A DNA stretch of 64,000 bases from Candidatus Fervidifonticultor sextus (GCA_031459875.1 JAVKHQ010000003.1:94297-158296); one strand, 5' to 3'; counted from the stretch's first letter, positions 29,533 through 39,069 are shown. The notes: a model not told the origin generated them from the letters alone. Numbers and translations: made by a program.

Positions 29533-30953
29533 TGGCCCGCTTTGCCGTCCGGACGCCGGCCCGGTCCAAGGGCGGCCTCCACGTCTCCGAGCGCAGGGTG
29601 CTCCTCGTGGCCGCCGACCTGGTCCTGCTGAACCTGGCCCTCCTGGCCGTCCTCGCCTGGCGGATGCGGGAGCCGTTTGCGGCGGCCACCGTGGCCAGCC
29701 GCGCGGGGTGGTTCGTGCTGCTCTCCATCATCTGGGCGGTGGTGGCGGCGGCCTCCGAAGTCTACGATCTCCGCCGTGCCGCCCGGTTGCCCGCGGGGGT
29801 CGTCCGTCCGGTGACGGCGGTGTTGGTGGCCGACCTGCTCTACCTGGCCGTCCCCTACTACACGCCGTATCTGCACGCGTCACGGTTGACGGTGCTGTCC
29901 TTCCTGGCGGCAACAACCGGCCTGGTGGCCGCGTGGCGCACGCTCTACGCGGTCGTGCTGGTGCAGCCTTCCTTCCGGCACCCGGTCCTGATCCTGGGCG
30001 CCGGGCCGGCGGGTCGGGAGATCCTCTCCGTGATGCGGGCCTACGGCGAGACCGAGTACCTGCCGGTCGGCTTCGTGGACGGCGACCCGGCCCTTCGGGG
30101 CCGGGAGGTCGACGGGGTCCCGGTGTGGGGCCAGGCGCGCGACCTGACGGCCATCCTCGGCCGCACCGACGTCTCGGAGGTGGTGGTGGCCCTGCCGCCC
30201 TCCGACGGTATCGACGGCGAGTTGTTCCAGACCCTGGTGGACTGTCACGAGCGCGGCATCACGGTGACACCGATGTACCGCCTGTTCGAGCAACTCACAG
30301 GACAGGTGCCGATCGAGCACGCGGGTCAAAACCTCTCCGTGGTCCTGCCGCTGGACCGGACGCCCCCGGTCATCTTCGATGCGGCCAAGCGGCTCCTCGA
30401 CCTGCTCCTGGGGGCCGTCGGCCTGGCCTTCCTGGCCGTCGTTACCCCGCTCGCCGCGCTGGCGCTGTGGCTTGAGGACCGCGGCCCCGCCTTCTACCGG
30501 CAGCGGAGGGTGGGGCGGGGCGGCCGGGAGTTCGTCCTGCTCAAGTTCCGCACCATGACGCCCGATGCCGAAGCCAACGGCCCCCAGTGGGCCGATGTGG
30601 GCGACGCCCGCGTGACCCGGGTCGGCCGCGTCCTCCGCCGGCTGCACCTCGATGAGCTCCCACAGGCGGTGAACATCCTCCGGGGCGAGATGAGCGTGGT
30701 CGGACCGCGGCCCGAACGGCCGGAGTTCGTCGCCGCGCTCCAGACGGTCATCCCCTACTACCGGACGCGGCTGAGCGTGCGGCCCGGCGTGACCGGCTGG
30801 GCGCAGGTGAACTTCGAGTACGGGGACTCCGTGGAGGACGCGCTGGTCAAGCTCCGCTACGACCTGTACTATGTGAAGCACCGCTCGATGGTCCTCGACC
30901 TGCTGATCCTGATCCGGACGCTGGGGCACGTCCTCAGGCGGGGCGGCCGCTAG
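29529..30953 (+). CDS. Priming sugar (undecaprenyl-phosphate glycosyl-1-phosphate) transferase, WcaJ/WbaP-like
   Basis: N-terminal TMs and CoA-binding-like ILGAG. Motifs KRLLD, KFRTM, DELPQ, GEMSVVGPRPER, PGVTGWAQV and DLYY. Confidence 0.92.
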   Translation: MMARFAVRTPARSKGGLHVSERRVLLVAADLVLLNLALLAVLAWRMREPFAAATVASRAGWFVLLSIIWAVVAAASEVYDLRRAARLPAGVVRPVTAVLVADLLYLAVPYYTPYLHASRLTVLSFLAATTGLVAAWRTLYAVVLVQPSFRHPVLILGAGPAGREILSVMRAYGETEYLPVGFVDGDPALRGREVDGVPVWGQARDLTAILGRTDVSEVVVALPPSDGIDGELFQTLVDCHERGITVTPMYRLFEQLTGQVPIEHAGQNLSVVLPLDRTPPVIFDAAKRLLDLLLGAVGLAFLAVVTPLAALALWLEDRGPAFYRQRRVGRGGREFVLLKFRTMTPDAEANGPQWADVGDARVTRVGRVLRRLHLDELPQAVNILRGEMSVVGPRPERPEFVAALQTVIPYYRTRLSVRPGVTGWAQVNFEYGDSVEDALVKLRYDLYYVKHRSMVLDLLILIRTLGHVLRRGGR

Positions 30954-31052
30954 GGAGGGAATCGTATCAGTACATCCGACATCGGCGTGAGGCTTATCGT
31001 TGATGGAGGCTAGGCACGGACCGTCTGGTCTGGTATTGTCGGCGGTGCGCCC

Positions 31053-32030
31053 ATGAAGGCCATCATTCCCGTCGCCGGGGTCGGCCGACGCCTGCGGCCG
31101 CACACCCACACGCAGCCCAAAGCCCTCATGCATGTCGCAGGCCGTCCCATCCTGGGGCATATCCTGGATGCACTGGTGGCGGCGGGCATCGACGAGGTGG
31201 TCCTGGTCGTCGGCCACCTCGGCGAGAAGGTCGAGGAGTACGTCCGCAGCCGCTACGCGATTCCGGCGCACTTCGTGGAGCAGGCCGAACCGCTGGGCAA
31301 CGGCCATGCCATCTACGTCGCCCGCGAGCACCTGGACGGCGACGGTGTGCTGATCATCATGGGAGACACGATCATCAAGGCCGACCTGTCCAGGGTGCTG
31401 GCGCTGGAGGAGTCGGCCATCGGGATCCAGGAAGTGGCCGACCCGCGGCGCTTCGGCGTCGTCGAGGTCTCCGACGGTCTCGTGCGCCGGCTGGTGGAGA
31501 AGCCCGAGGTGCCTGCGAGCAACCTGGCCGTCGTCGGCCTCTACCTGATCCGCCAGCCGCGGCGGCTGCGGGAGGCCCTGGAGCGCATGGTCGCCGAACG
31601 CCGGCAGGTGCGCGGCGAGTACTGGCTGGCCGATGCGCTCCAGATGATGGTGGAATCCGGGGTGCCCATGCGGACCTTCCGGACGTCGGGGTGGTACGAC
31701 TGCGGAACGCCCGAGGCCCTGCTGGAAGCCAACCGGGAGCTGCTGGCGGCCGAGGCACCCGCGGTCCCGACCACGCCCGGCGCGGTCGTCCTTCCGCCGT
31801 CCTACGTGGATCCGACCGCGGAGGTCGAGGGATCGGTGATCGGACCCTACACGTCGATTGCCGAGGGCGCCCGCGTGCGGCGTTCGGTCATCCGTGACAG
31901 CATCGTCAATGCCGAGGCCAGCGTTGAGGGCGTCCTGCTGGAACACTCCATCATCGGCGAGCACGCGTCGGTGACCGGGCGCGCGGCGCGGATCAACCTC
32001 GGCGACTCCTCGGAAGTCGTCGTGGGATGA
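31053..32030 (+). CDS. Sugar-phosphate nucleotidyltransferase (RmlA long-form-like)
   Basis: AGVGRRLRPHT..PK, EQAEPLGNGHA, VEKP, WYDCG and a C-terminal hexapeptide-like region. Confidence 0.88.
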   Translation: MKAIIPVAGVGRRLRPHTHTQPKALMHVAGRPILGHILDALVAAGIDEVVLVVGHLGEKVEEYVRSRYAIPAHFVEQAEPLGNGHAIYVAREHLDGDGVLIIMGDTIIKADLSRVLALEESAIGIQEVADPRRFGVVEVSDGLVRRLVEKPEVPASNLAVVGLYLIRQPRRLREALERMVAERRQVRGEYWLADALQMMVESGVPMRTFRTSGWYDCGTPEALLEANRELLAAEAPAVPTTPGAVVLPPSYVDPTAEVEGSVIGPYTSIAEGARVRRSVIRDSIVNAEASVEGVLLEHSIIGEHASVTGRAARINLGDSSEVVVG

Positions 32031-32049
32031 GCCCGGCTGGAGCGGCGGC

Positions 32050-33057
32050 ATGCCGCGCTACCTGGTAACCGGCGGCGCCGGGTTCATCGGCGCCCACCTG
32101 GTCGGGGCGCTGGTCGCCCGCGGCGAGTCCGTGCGGGTCCTCGACAACTTCTCGACCGGCTCGGTGCGCAACCTGGCCTTCGCGTTGGGCCGCCGCGTCG
32201 AGCCCGGCGCGGAGAGGGAGGACACGCTGGCGGGCGACGGGGTCGAGGTGCTCCGCGGCGACATCCGGGATCCAGCGACCTGCGCGGCCGCCTGCGAGGG
32301 GGTCGAGATCGTGCTCCATCAGGCGGCGATGCGCTCCGTCCCCCGGTCGGTCGACGATCCGCGCGGGGCCACCGAACACAACGTCGCCGGCACCCTGAAC
32401 CTGCTCATTGCCGCGTCCCAGGCCGGTGTGCGTCGGTTCGTCTACGCCTCGTCCTCCTCGGTGTACGGCGACGAGCCGGCCCTGCCCAAGCGAGAGGACC
32501 AGCTCCCCTCACCCATCTCGCCGTATGCGGCCTCGAAGCTGGCCGGTGAGTACTACTGCCGGGTCTTCGCCAGGACCTATGGGTTGGCCACGGTGTCGTT
32601 GCGCTACTTCAACGTCTTCGGGCCGCTGCAGGACCCGCGCTCGCAGTACGCGGCGGTCATCCCCCGGTTCATCGCCTGGACACTGGCCGGCCATCCCCTG
32701 GAGATCCACGGCGACGGGTTGCAGTCCCGCGACTTCACCTACGTGGACAACGTCGTGGCCGCCAACCTGCTGGCGGCCGAGGCGCCGGATCTCGCCGGCG
32801 AGGTGTTGAACATCGCCTGCGGAGACCGGTCAACGCTCCTGGAGGTCGCTGATCTCATCGAGCGGCTGGTGGGCCGCCGGGTTCCGCGGCAGCATGTGGC
32901 GCCGCGGCGCGGGGATGTCCGCCACACGCTGGCCGACATCTCGAGGGCCAGGGCCGTCCTCGGCTACGAGCCGCAGGTGCCCTTTGCCGAAGGTCTGGCC
33001 CGGACGGTGACCTTCTTCGCCCATCAGACCGAAGCCGCACGATTTTCGGGAGGATGA
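32050..33057 (+). CDS. NAD-dependent epimerase (UDP-GlcNAc/UDP-Glc 4-epimerase, WbpP-like)
   Basis: TGGAGFIG, HQAAMRSVPRS, SSSSVYG, SPYAASK, RYFNVFGP.QDP.SQYAAVIP and GDGLQSRDF. Confidence 0.88.
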   Translation: MPRYLVTGGAGFIGAHLVGALVARGESVRVLDNFSTGSVRNLAFALGRRVEPGAEREDTLAGDGVEVLRGDIRDPATCAAACEGVEIVLHQAAMRSVPRSVDDPRGATEHNVAGTLNLLIAASQAGVRRFVYASSSSVYGDEPALPKREDQLPSPISPYAASKLAGEYYCRVFARTYGLATVSLRYFNVFGPLQDPRSQYAAVIPRFIAWTLAGHPLEIHGDGLQSRDFTYVDNVVAANLLAAEAPDLAGEVLNIACGDRSTLLEVADLIERLVGRRVPRQHVAPRRGDVRHTLADISRARAVLGYEPQVPFAEGLARTVTFFAHQTEAARFSGG

Positions 33058-34364
33058 GGATCATGCACGTCTGCGTCATCGGCGGGTTGGGCTACGTGGG
33101 GCTGGTGACCAGCGCCGGATTGGCCGAACTCGGGCACTCGGTGGTCGCGGTGGACACCGACCGGGACCGCCTGGCCCGCGTCCGGCGGGGGGACGTGCCG
33201 TTCCATGAGCCCGGCCTGCGCGAGTTGATGGACCGCCACACCGCGACCGGGCGCCTCCGCTTCCAGGGGAGCCTTGCCGAGGGGGTGCGCGGGGCCCGGG
33301 TCGTGTTGGTGGCCGTCGCCACCCCGGCGCGCCCCGACGGCGAGACCGACCTGGGCCAGGTCATCTCGGCTTCCGAAGAGCTGGCACGCCACCTGACGTC
33401 GCACACCATCATCGCCATCAAGAGCACGGTCCCGCTGGGCACGGGCCAGGCGCTCAGGCGCATCCTCCAGGGGCACGGCCGGGTGGAGGGGCGGGACTAC
33501 GACCTGGTCGCAGTGCCCGAGTTCCTGCGCGAGGGCCACGCCGTGGCCGACTTCCTGCACCCCACGCGCATCGTGATCGGCGCCGCCGACCCGCAGATCC
33601 GCCAGGAGGTCCGCCAGCTCTTCGCCGGCCTGGAGGCGCCGGTGCTGGAGACGACTTTTGAGCAGGCGCTGCTCATCAAGTATGCGTCCAACGCCTTCCT
33701 GGCCATGCGGGTCTCCTTCGCCAACGAACTGGCCGGGCTGTGCGAGGCCTCGGGCGTGGATGTGGTGGCGGTCCTCCACGGCATGGGGTACGACCCGCGG
33801 ATCGGCCACGCGTACCTGGCCCCGGGACTGGGCTTCGGCGGCCCCTGCCTGGAGAAGGACCTGCGCTCGCTGATCCGGATCGCCGAGGGGGCCGGCTACG
33901 AACCCGCGTTCCTGCGGGCGATCCTCGAAAAGAACGAGCACCAGGTCCGGCAGATCGTCCGGCGCAGCGTGGATCTGCTCGACGGCGACCTCTACGCCCG
34001 AACCGTCGGGGTGCTGGGGCTGGCCTTCAAGCCGGGAACGAGCGACGTCCGCAACTCCCTGGCGCTGCGGGTGATCGACCGGCTGCAGCGCCTGGGCGCG
34101 GGCATTCGCGGCTGCGATCCGCTGGCCAACGGGGAGGCCCGGCAGGTGCTGCCCGGGGCCGCCATCGTCGACGACCCCTACGAGGCGGCGCAGGGCAGCC
34201 ACCTGGTCATGGTGCTCAATGCGTGCGAGGAGTTCCGGCACCTGGACCTGGAGCGGCTCCGCTCGGTGGTGGCGCGCCCGAACCTGGTGGACGGGGTGAA
34301 CGCCCTCGACCCCGAAGCCGCCAGGCGCGCGGGCTTTGTCTACCGCGGCGTGGGCCGGCGCTAG
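33054..34364 (+). CDS. ugd: UDP-glucose/GDP-mannose 6-dehydrogenase
   Basis: GLGYVG, KSTVP, PEFLREG, KYASNAFLA, GFGGPCLEKD and GLAFKPGTSDVR. Confidence 0.92.
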   Translation: MRIMHVCVIGGLGYVGLVTSAGLAELGHSVVAVDTDRDRLARVRRGDVPFHEPGLRELMDRHTATGRLRFQGSLAEGVRGARVVLVAVATPARPDGETDLGQVISASEELARHLTSHTIIAIKSTVPLGTGQALRRILQGHGRVEGRDYDLVAVPEFLREGHAVADFLHPTRIVIGAADPQIRQEVRQLFAGLEAPVLETTFEQALLIKYASNAFLAMRVSFANELAGLCEASGVDVVAVLHGMGYDPRIGHAYLAPGLGFGGPCLEKDLRSLIRIAEGAGYEPAFLRAILEKNEHQVRQIVRRSVDLLDGDLYARTVGVLGLAFKPGTSDVRNSLALRVIDRLQRLGAGIRGCDPLANGEARQVLPGAAIVDDPYEAAQGSHLVMVLNACEEFRHLDLERLRSVVARPNLVDGVNALDPEAARRAGFVYRGVGRR

Positions 34365-34390
34365 ACCTCGCTGGAGCGAGCGGGTTCTGT

Positions 34391-35185
34391 ATGCGACGTG
34401 ACCGGCGACGTGGGGGCGGCTGGGTCGACCTCCTGCGCTACCGGGACCTGCTGCTCAACCTGGTGGCGGCGGAACTGCGGGCCAAGTACCGGGGCTCGGC
34501 GCTGGGGTTCCTCTGGTCACTGCTCAACCCCCTGGCGCTCATAGTCATCTACTCGATCGCCTTCCGCTCCATCATCCGGATTCCGATCGAGCGCTTCCCG
34601 GTCTTCCTGATCGCGGGCGTCCTGCCGTGGACCTTCTTCTCCAGTTCGGCCATGGCCGCCACGGTCTCGCTGATGGTCAACGCCAGCCTGCTGAAGAAGG
34701 TCCGGTTCCCGCGGGAGATCATCCCGGCCTCGGTGGTGCTGTTCCACCTGGTCCAGAAGGTGCTGGCCCTGGTGGTGTTCCTGCCGTCGCTAGTGGTCCT
34801 GGCCGGGCACCTGCCGTGGACCCTGGTGTTCTACCCGCTGGTGTTGGGCCTGCAGGTGGTCTTCGTCATGGGGGTCGCCATGGCGCTGTCGGTCCTCACG
34901 GTCGCCTTCCGTGACCTCCGCCACCTGACCGAGGTCGCCCTGACGATGCTCTTCTGGCTGACCCCAATCGTCTACCGCACCGACATGGTGCCCGCGACCC
35001 TCCGCCCGATCTTCGCGGCCAACCCCATGACCTCGTTCGTCTCGGCCTTCCAGGACATCACCTACTGGGGCCGGCCGCCGGACCCCGGCACCGTCCTCGC
35101 CATGGCCGGGTGGGCGGGCGCTTCGCTGGTCATCGGGCACGCGATGTTCCGCCATCGCGCGGCCTACGTGGCGGAGGACCTCTAG
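34391..35185 (+). CDS. wzm: ABC-2 polysaccharide exporter permease
   Basis: KYRGSALGFLWSLLNP, LLKKVRFPRE, FRDL, LTPIVY and NPM. Confidence 0.92.
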   Translation: MRRDRRRGGGWVDLLRYRDLLLNLVAAELRAKYRGSALGFLWSLLNPLALIVIYSIAFRSIIRIPIERFPVFLIAGVLPWTFFSSSAMAATVSLMVNASLLKKVRFPREIIPASVVLFHLVQKVLALVVFLPSLVVLAGHLPWTLVFYPLVLGLQVVFVMGVAMALSVLTVAFRDLRHLTEVALTMLFWLTPIVYRTDMVPATLRPIFAANPMTSFVSAFQDITYWGRPPDPGTVLAMAGWAGASLVIGHAMFRHRAAYVAEDL

Positions 35186-35992
35186 GTGGGGCCGGCGATC
35201 GAGGTCCGCGGGGTCTGGAAGCGGTTCATCCTTCGCCACAACCGCGTGGAGACGCTCAAGGGCCGCGTGTTGAGCCTCTTCGACCCCCGCCAGCGCGAGC
35301 GTCGGGAGGTCTTCTGGGCCCTGCAGGACATTACCCTGGCGGTCGAGCCGGGCGAGACGGTGGGGGTCATCGGGCCCAACGGGTCGGGCAAGAGCACGCT
35401 GCTGCGCCTGATCGCCGGCACGTTGCCCGCCACGCAGGGCGACATCGTCGTCCGGGGCCGGGTGTCGCCCATGCTGGAGATCGGCGTCGGATTCCACCTG
35501 GACCTGACCGGCCGGGAGAACATCTACCTGAACGGCTCGCTGCTGGGCCTGTCGCGCCGGGAGGTCGAACGGCTCTACCCGGCGATCGTCGAGTTCGCCG
35601 AACTGGAGGACTTCATCGACGTCCCGGTCAGGAACTACTCCAGCGGCATGCATGCGCGTCTGGGGTTCGCCATCGCCGCGCACCTCGACCCCGATGTCCT
35701 GCTGATTGACGAGGCCCTCAGCGTGGGCGACGAGGCGTTCCAGAAGAAGTGCCACGACCGGATGGACCAGGTCCGGCGCCGCGGGAAGACCGTCATGTTC
35801 GTCTCCCACAACCTCCGGGCCGTGGCCGCGCTGTGCGACCGGGTCGGCCTCCTGGTCCACGGGAAGATGCTGGCGGTCGGCCCGCCCGACGACGTGATCC
35901 CCAGATACCAGGACCTGGTCGCCGCGGCCCAGGCCGGTGCCGGGCGGATGCTGGGCCCGGACCTCCCGCAGGTTTTCGGGGTCCGCCGGTGA
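35186..35992 (+). CDS. wzt: Polysaccharide exporter ATP-binding subunit without a C-terminal carbohydrate-binding module
   Basis: GPNGSGKST, YSSGM, LIDEALSVGDEAF and VSH. Only 268 aa. Confidence 0.92.
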   Translation: MGPAIEVRGVWKRFILRHNRVETLKGRVLSLFDPRQRERREVFWALQDITLAVEPGETVGVIGPNGSGKSTLLRLIAGTLPATQGDIVVRGRVSPMLEIGVGFHLDLTGRENIYLNGSLLGLSRREVERLYPAIVEFAELEDFIDVPVRNYSSGMHARLGFAIAAHLDPDVLLIDEALSVGDEAFQKKCHDRMDQVRRRGKTVMFVSHNLRAVAALCDRVGLLVHGKMLAVGPPDDVIPRYQDLVAAAQAGAGRMLGPDLPQVFGVRR

Positions 35993-37053
35993 AGGCGCTG
36001 GTGCTGGCCGGGGGCACCGGGACGCGCCTGCGGCCGCTCACCCACACGATGCCCAAGCAACTGGTGCCCGTGGCCAACCGGCCGGTGCTGCACTACGTCA
36101 TGCAGCACCTCCGGGATGCGGGCCTGCAGCAGGTGGGGGTCGTCATCGCGCCCGAGACCGGCACGCAGATCCAGGCCGCGCTGGAGGCCAACCCCTGGGG
36201 CCTGGACTTCACCTACATCGTGCAGCCGCAACCCCTGGGCCTGGCCCACGCCATCCTGGTCGCCCGCGACTTCCTCGCCGACGACCCGTTCGTCATGTAC
36301 CTGGGCGACAACCTGATCGGCCAGGGCATCCGGGAGTTCACCTGTCTCCTGGCGGAGTCCGCCTCCGATGCGGTGATCCTGCTGAAGGAGGTGGCCGACC
36401 CGCGCCTGTTCGGCGTGGCCGAGGTGGACGCGCAGGGTCGGGTGGTGCGCCTGGTCGAGAAGCCCGAGCATCCGCCCAGCCGCCTCGCCCTGGTCGGCGT
36501 GTACGGCTTCTCGCCGGCGATCCACCAGGCCGTCGAGACGCTCCGGCCGTCGCGCCGGGGGGAACTGGAGATCACCGACGCCATCCAGCGATTGCTGGAT
36601 GAGGGCCGGCGCGTCTCCAGCACGGTGTTGCAGGGGTGGTGGCTGGACACCGGCAAGAAGGATGACCTGCTGGAGGCCAACCGCGTCGTGCTGGACGAGT
36701 GGGTCGAGCGCGACCTGCGGGGCGAGGTCGACGCGGCCAGCCGGGTGGAGGGACGGGTTGTCCTGGAGCCCGGGGCGCGGCTCGTCGCCTCGACGGTGCG
36801 GGGCCCGGCCGTCATCGGGTCGGGCACGGTGGTCGAGCGCTCCTTCGTCGGCCCCTACACCAGCATCGGCGCCGGGTGCGTGGTGTCCGACTCCGCGATC
36901 GAGCACCTGGTGGTGATGGACGGGGTGCGGCTCCTGGGCGTACCGCGCCTGGAGGACAGCATCATCGGGAAGAACGCTACGGTGCGCCGCGCGGGCGGCA
37001 ACCACCGCGGCCACCGTCTGATCATCGGCGAGGACTCAGAGGTCGAACTTTGA
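35989..37053 (+). CDS. rmlA: Glucose-1-phosphate thymidylyltransferase (long form)
   Basis: LAGGTGTRLRPLTHTMPKQLVPVAN, QPLGLAHA, YLGDN, RGELEITDAIQ and WLDTG. Confidence 0.9.
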   Translation: MKALVLAGGTGTRLRPLTHTMPKQLVPVANRPVLHYVMQHLRDAGLQQVGVVIAPETGTQIQAALEANPWGLDFTYIVQPQPLGLAHAILVARDFLADDPFVMYLGDNLIGQGIREFTCLLAESASDAVILLKEVADPRLFGVAEVDAQGRVVRLVEKPEHPPSRLALVGVYGFSPAIHQAVETLRPSRRGELEITDAIQRLLDEGRRVSSTVLQGWWLDTGKKDDLLEANRVVLDEWVERDLRGEVDAASRVEGRVVLEPGARLVASTVRGPAVIGSGTVVERSFVGPYTSIGAGCVVSDSAIEHLVVMDGVRLLGVPRLEDSIIGKNATVRRAGGNHRGHRLIIGEDSEVEL

Positions 37054-37117
37054 ATGATGGCCCCGGTCCCTTCCGGTGTCTTCGGTAGTTGATTTCCATT
37101 GCATGATGATGTCGAGG

Positions 37118-37369
37118 ATGAAGACGCGCACCTTGAACATTTCGATGCCCCTGCCGCTTGTGGAGGCACTCGACCGTCGGGCACGGGCGGAAGCCCGCTC
37201 ACGCAGCGAGGTCATCCGCGCGGCGACGCTGTCCTATCTTCAGTGGTGGGAGGACTGGCGTGCGCTGCAGGCCTACGGCCGCAGCCGGGCCAGGCGGGTG
37301 GGGGTACGGCTCCGGGGTCTTGAGCGACTGATTGCGCAGGTCCGCGCCCAACGATCCGCCCGCCGCTGA
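37118..37369 (+). CDS. Ribbon-helix-helix (CopG-type) antitoxin
   Basis: TLNISMP..LVEALD..A....RSRSEVIRAA. Its stop abuts the PIN start (TGATG). The start could be at 37103-37118. Confidence 0.8.
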   Translation: MKTRTLNISMPLPLVEALDRRARAEARSRSEVIRAATLSYLQWWEDWRALQAYGRSRARRVGVRLRGLERLIAQVRAQRSARR

Positions 37370-37776
37370 TGCGGGTGGTGCCGGACACGAACGTGCTGGT
37401 GTCGGCAATCGTGTCCGGCGGTCTACCAGGTCGGCTGATCGAACTCGCTGCTGCAGGCCGCCTGCAGGTGGTGCTCTCACCGGCACTGATCGAGGAACTA
37501 CGGGAGGTCCTCCGCAGGAAGTTCGGCTTCTCCGATGCTGCGGCCTACCGGGCCGAAACCCTCCTTCGCGCGATCAGCACGGTGGTGGAACCGCCGCAGG
37601 AGGTCACGCTCATCGTCGACGACCCGGAAGACAACGGCGTGCTGGAGGCAGCACTTACGGGCGACGCAGAGGTGATTGTGTCCGGCGACCGCCATCTGCT
37701 CGAGTTGGGGACATTCGGCAAGATTCCGGTTCTAAGTCCGCGAACACTACTCAAGAGCATCCAGTCTGGCAGCTAG
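37369..37776 (+). CDS. PIN-domain toxin (PIN_3/VapC-like)
   Basis: VVPDTNVLVSA, EE, DPEDN.VLEAA and IVSGDRHLL. Confidence 0.88.
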   Translation: MRVVPDTNVLVSAIVSGGLPGRLIELAAAGRLQVVLSPALIEELREVLRRKFGFSDAAAYRAETLLRAISTVVEPPQEVTLIVDDPEDNGVLEAALTGDAEVIVSGDRHLLELGTFGKIPVLSPRTLLKSIQSGS

Positions 37777-37789
37777 TCGCCGTTAGGCC

Positions 37790-38329
37790 TCAGGGATTCC
37801 GGGGTGCCGCAGTCGCCCGGCTCGTGGCGACCTCCCTGCCGCGGCGGACCGCCACCTCGACCGTGACTCCTCCCCCGGCTTCCTGCAGGGTCACACGTTC
37901 CACGCCGGTGGCCATGACCCGTGACTCCCGGGGCGCGACCCGCCCGACGGGGTCTAAGGCGACGACCAGCCGCAGGACCTCCCGGCGCTCCGGGTGGTGA
38001 ACGTAGACGATCCAGGGCGACCCGCCGTCGGCCGCCGTCGCCTCGCCAGCCGTGATCGCCAGCAGGGGATCGCCCCCGGGGACGGCGATCCGCGGCCGGA
38101 TGGTCACGCTGGGGGCCTGGCTGGCATTGCGGACATCCCGCGCCATCACCTCCACCAGGCCGGCCGCATGAGCCTGCGCCTCACGCAGATCGGTCCCGCG
38201 CCGCCAGGTCGAGAGGCTGGCCACGAAGAGCGAGCCGACCAGGGCCATGACGACCGACGCCAGGGCCAGGGCGATGACCAGTTCGATGAGGGTGTAACCG
38301 GGAGGGCCGACGGTAGGGCGCCGCCTCAT
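37790..38329 (-). CDS. Type IV minor pilin/pseudopilin (PilW-like)
   Basis: Class III signal G|YTLIELVIALAL with Glu5. ATGA-coupled to the upstream pilin. Confidence 0.8.
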   Translation of the reverse strand: MRRRPTVGPPGYTLIELVIALALASVVMALVGSLFVASLSTWRRGTDLREAQAHAAGLVEVMARDVRNASQAPSVTIRPRIAVPGGDPLLAITAGEATAADGGSPWIVYVHHPERREVLRLVVALDPVGRVAPRESRVMATGVERVTLQEAGGGVTVEVAVRRGREVATSRATAAPRNP

Positions 38330-38745
38330 TGTCCCACGAAGGCACACGCGTTGGAGATGTAGCGCAGCGTCGAGAGCGTCACGCTGCGCTGCGCGCGCTC
38401 CTGCGTCCACGTCACCGTCACGGTGAGTTCCCACAGGTTGGTCCCGGGCCGCCGCTCGACGCGCACCTCCCGGCGGTAGCGGGCCAGGCGCGGGTCCTCG
38501 GGCTCGGGCGGGATGGACTGCCAAAACGACGACCCGCACGGGGCCGCGGTGAGCTTGGCCAGGGTCTCCTCGGCGAGGCTGGTGGCGGTGTTCATGCCGG
38601 CGGCCAGCGCGGCGGCGCGCAGGCCGATCCCGAAGGCGGAGAAGACGATGATGGCCACCACCCCGAGCAGCATGGTGGCGATGAGGACCTCGAGGATGGT
38701 CATGCCTCGACCGCCGTGCGTGTTCTGAAAATCGGGAGATGTCAT
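38326..38745 (-). CDS. Type IV minor pilin/pseudopilin (PilV-like)
   Basis: G|MTILEVLIATMLLGV with Glu5, A..LAEE.L and a C-terminal VTVTW. Alternative start GTG at 38754. Confidence 0.8.
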   Translation of the reverse strand: MTSPDFQNTHGGRGMTILEVLIATMLLGVVAIIVFSAFGIGLRAAALAAGMNTATSLAEETLAKLTAAPCGSSFWQSIPPEPEDPRLARYRREVRVERRPGTNLWELTVTVTWTQERAQRSVTLSTLRYISNACAFVGQ

Positions 38746-38769
38746 CTCAACCACGGGTAATTCTGGGTC

Positions 38770-39045
38770 GCGGGGCGTCCTCCCTGGCCGGTTTGGGCGG
38801 TGGCCGAGGCTGGCACGTGAGTCCCACAGGGGTGCCAGCAGCCCAACCGGAGGAAACACGGGGGAGGATCCCCGCAGCGTTGCCGGAAGTTCCCGCCGAC
38901 GAGTCGGCAGGTGAGGTGATTCGGAGCCAGATCTCCCAGGACAGAGTTTTGCGCGAAATCGCCGAACGTGGGCAGGAAACCGCGCGACATCATCGAACAG
39001 CCGATACCAAACAGGAGGACCAACGGGGTCGTACGACCGGCAACG
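38770..39045 (+). ncRNA. Candidate structured RNA or leader of unknown family
   Basis: Four nested helices over 38770-38875, a 9-bp long-range pair (38878-38886 with 39037-39045) and internal hairpins. The strand is tentative (one G-U pair favours +). Confidence 0.4.
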
Positions 39046-39069
39046 GATTTCCTTGAGGGAGGATGATCG

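Noticed and set aside
12479..31999. Numerous long alternative-frame or antisense ORFs (e.g. 12479..14320, 18667..20379, 27082..29037, 29880..32051)
   Set aside because: These are Arg/Pro/Gly-rich shadow frames expected in high-GC DNA, each overlapping a well-supported gene.
38770..38945. Resemblance to a cobalamin riboswitch (GGAA..GG..ATCC, GAGCCAG) or SRP RNA (GAGG...AGCAG)
   Set aside because: The B12-box, the GGTG-AA-TCC T-loop and the SRP GNRA-capped short stem are not properly present, so it is left as an unassigned structured element.
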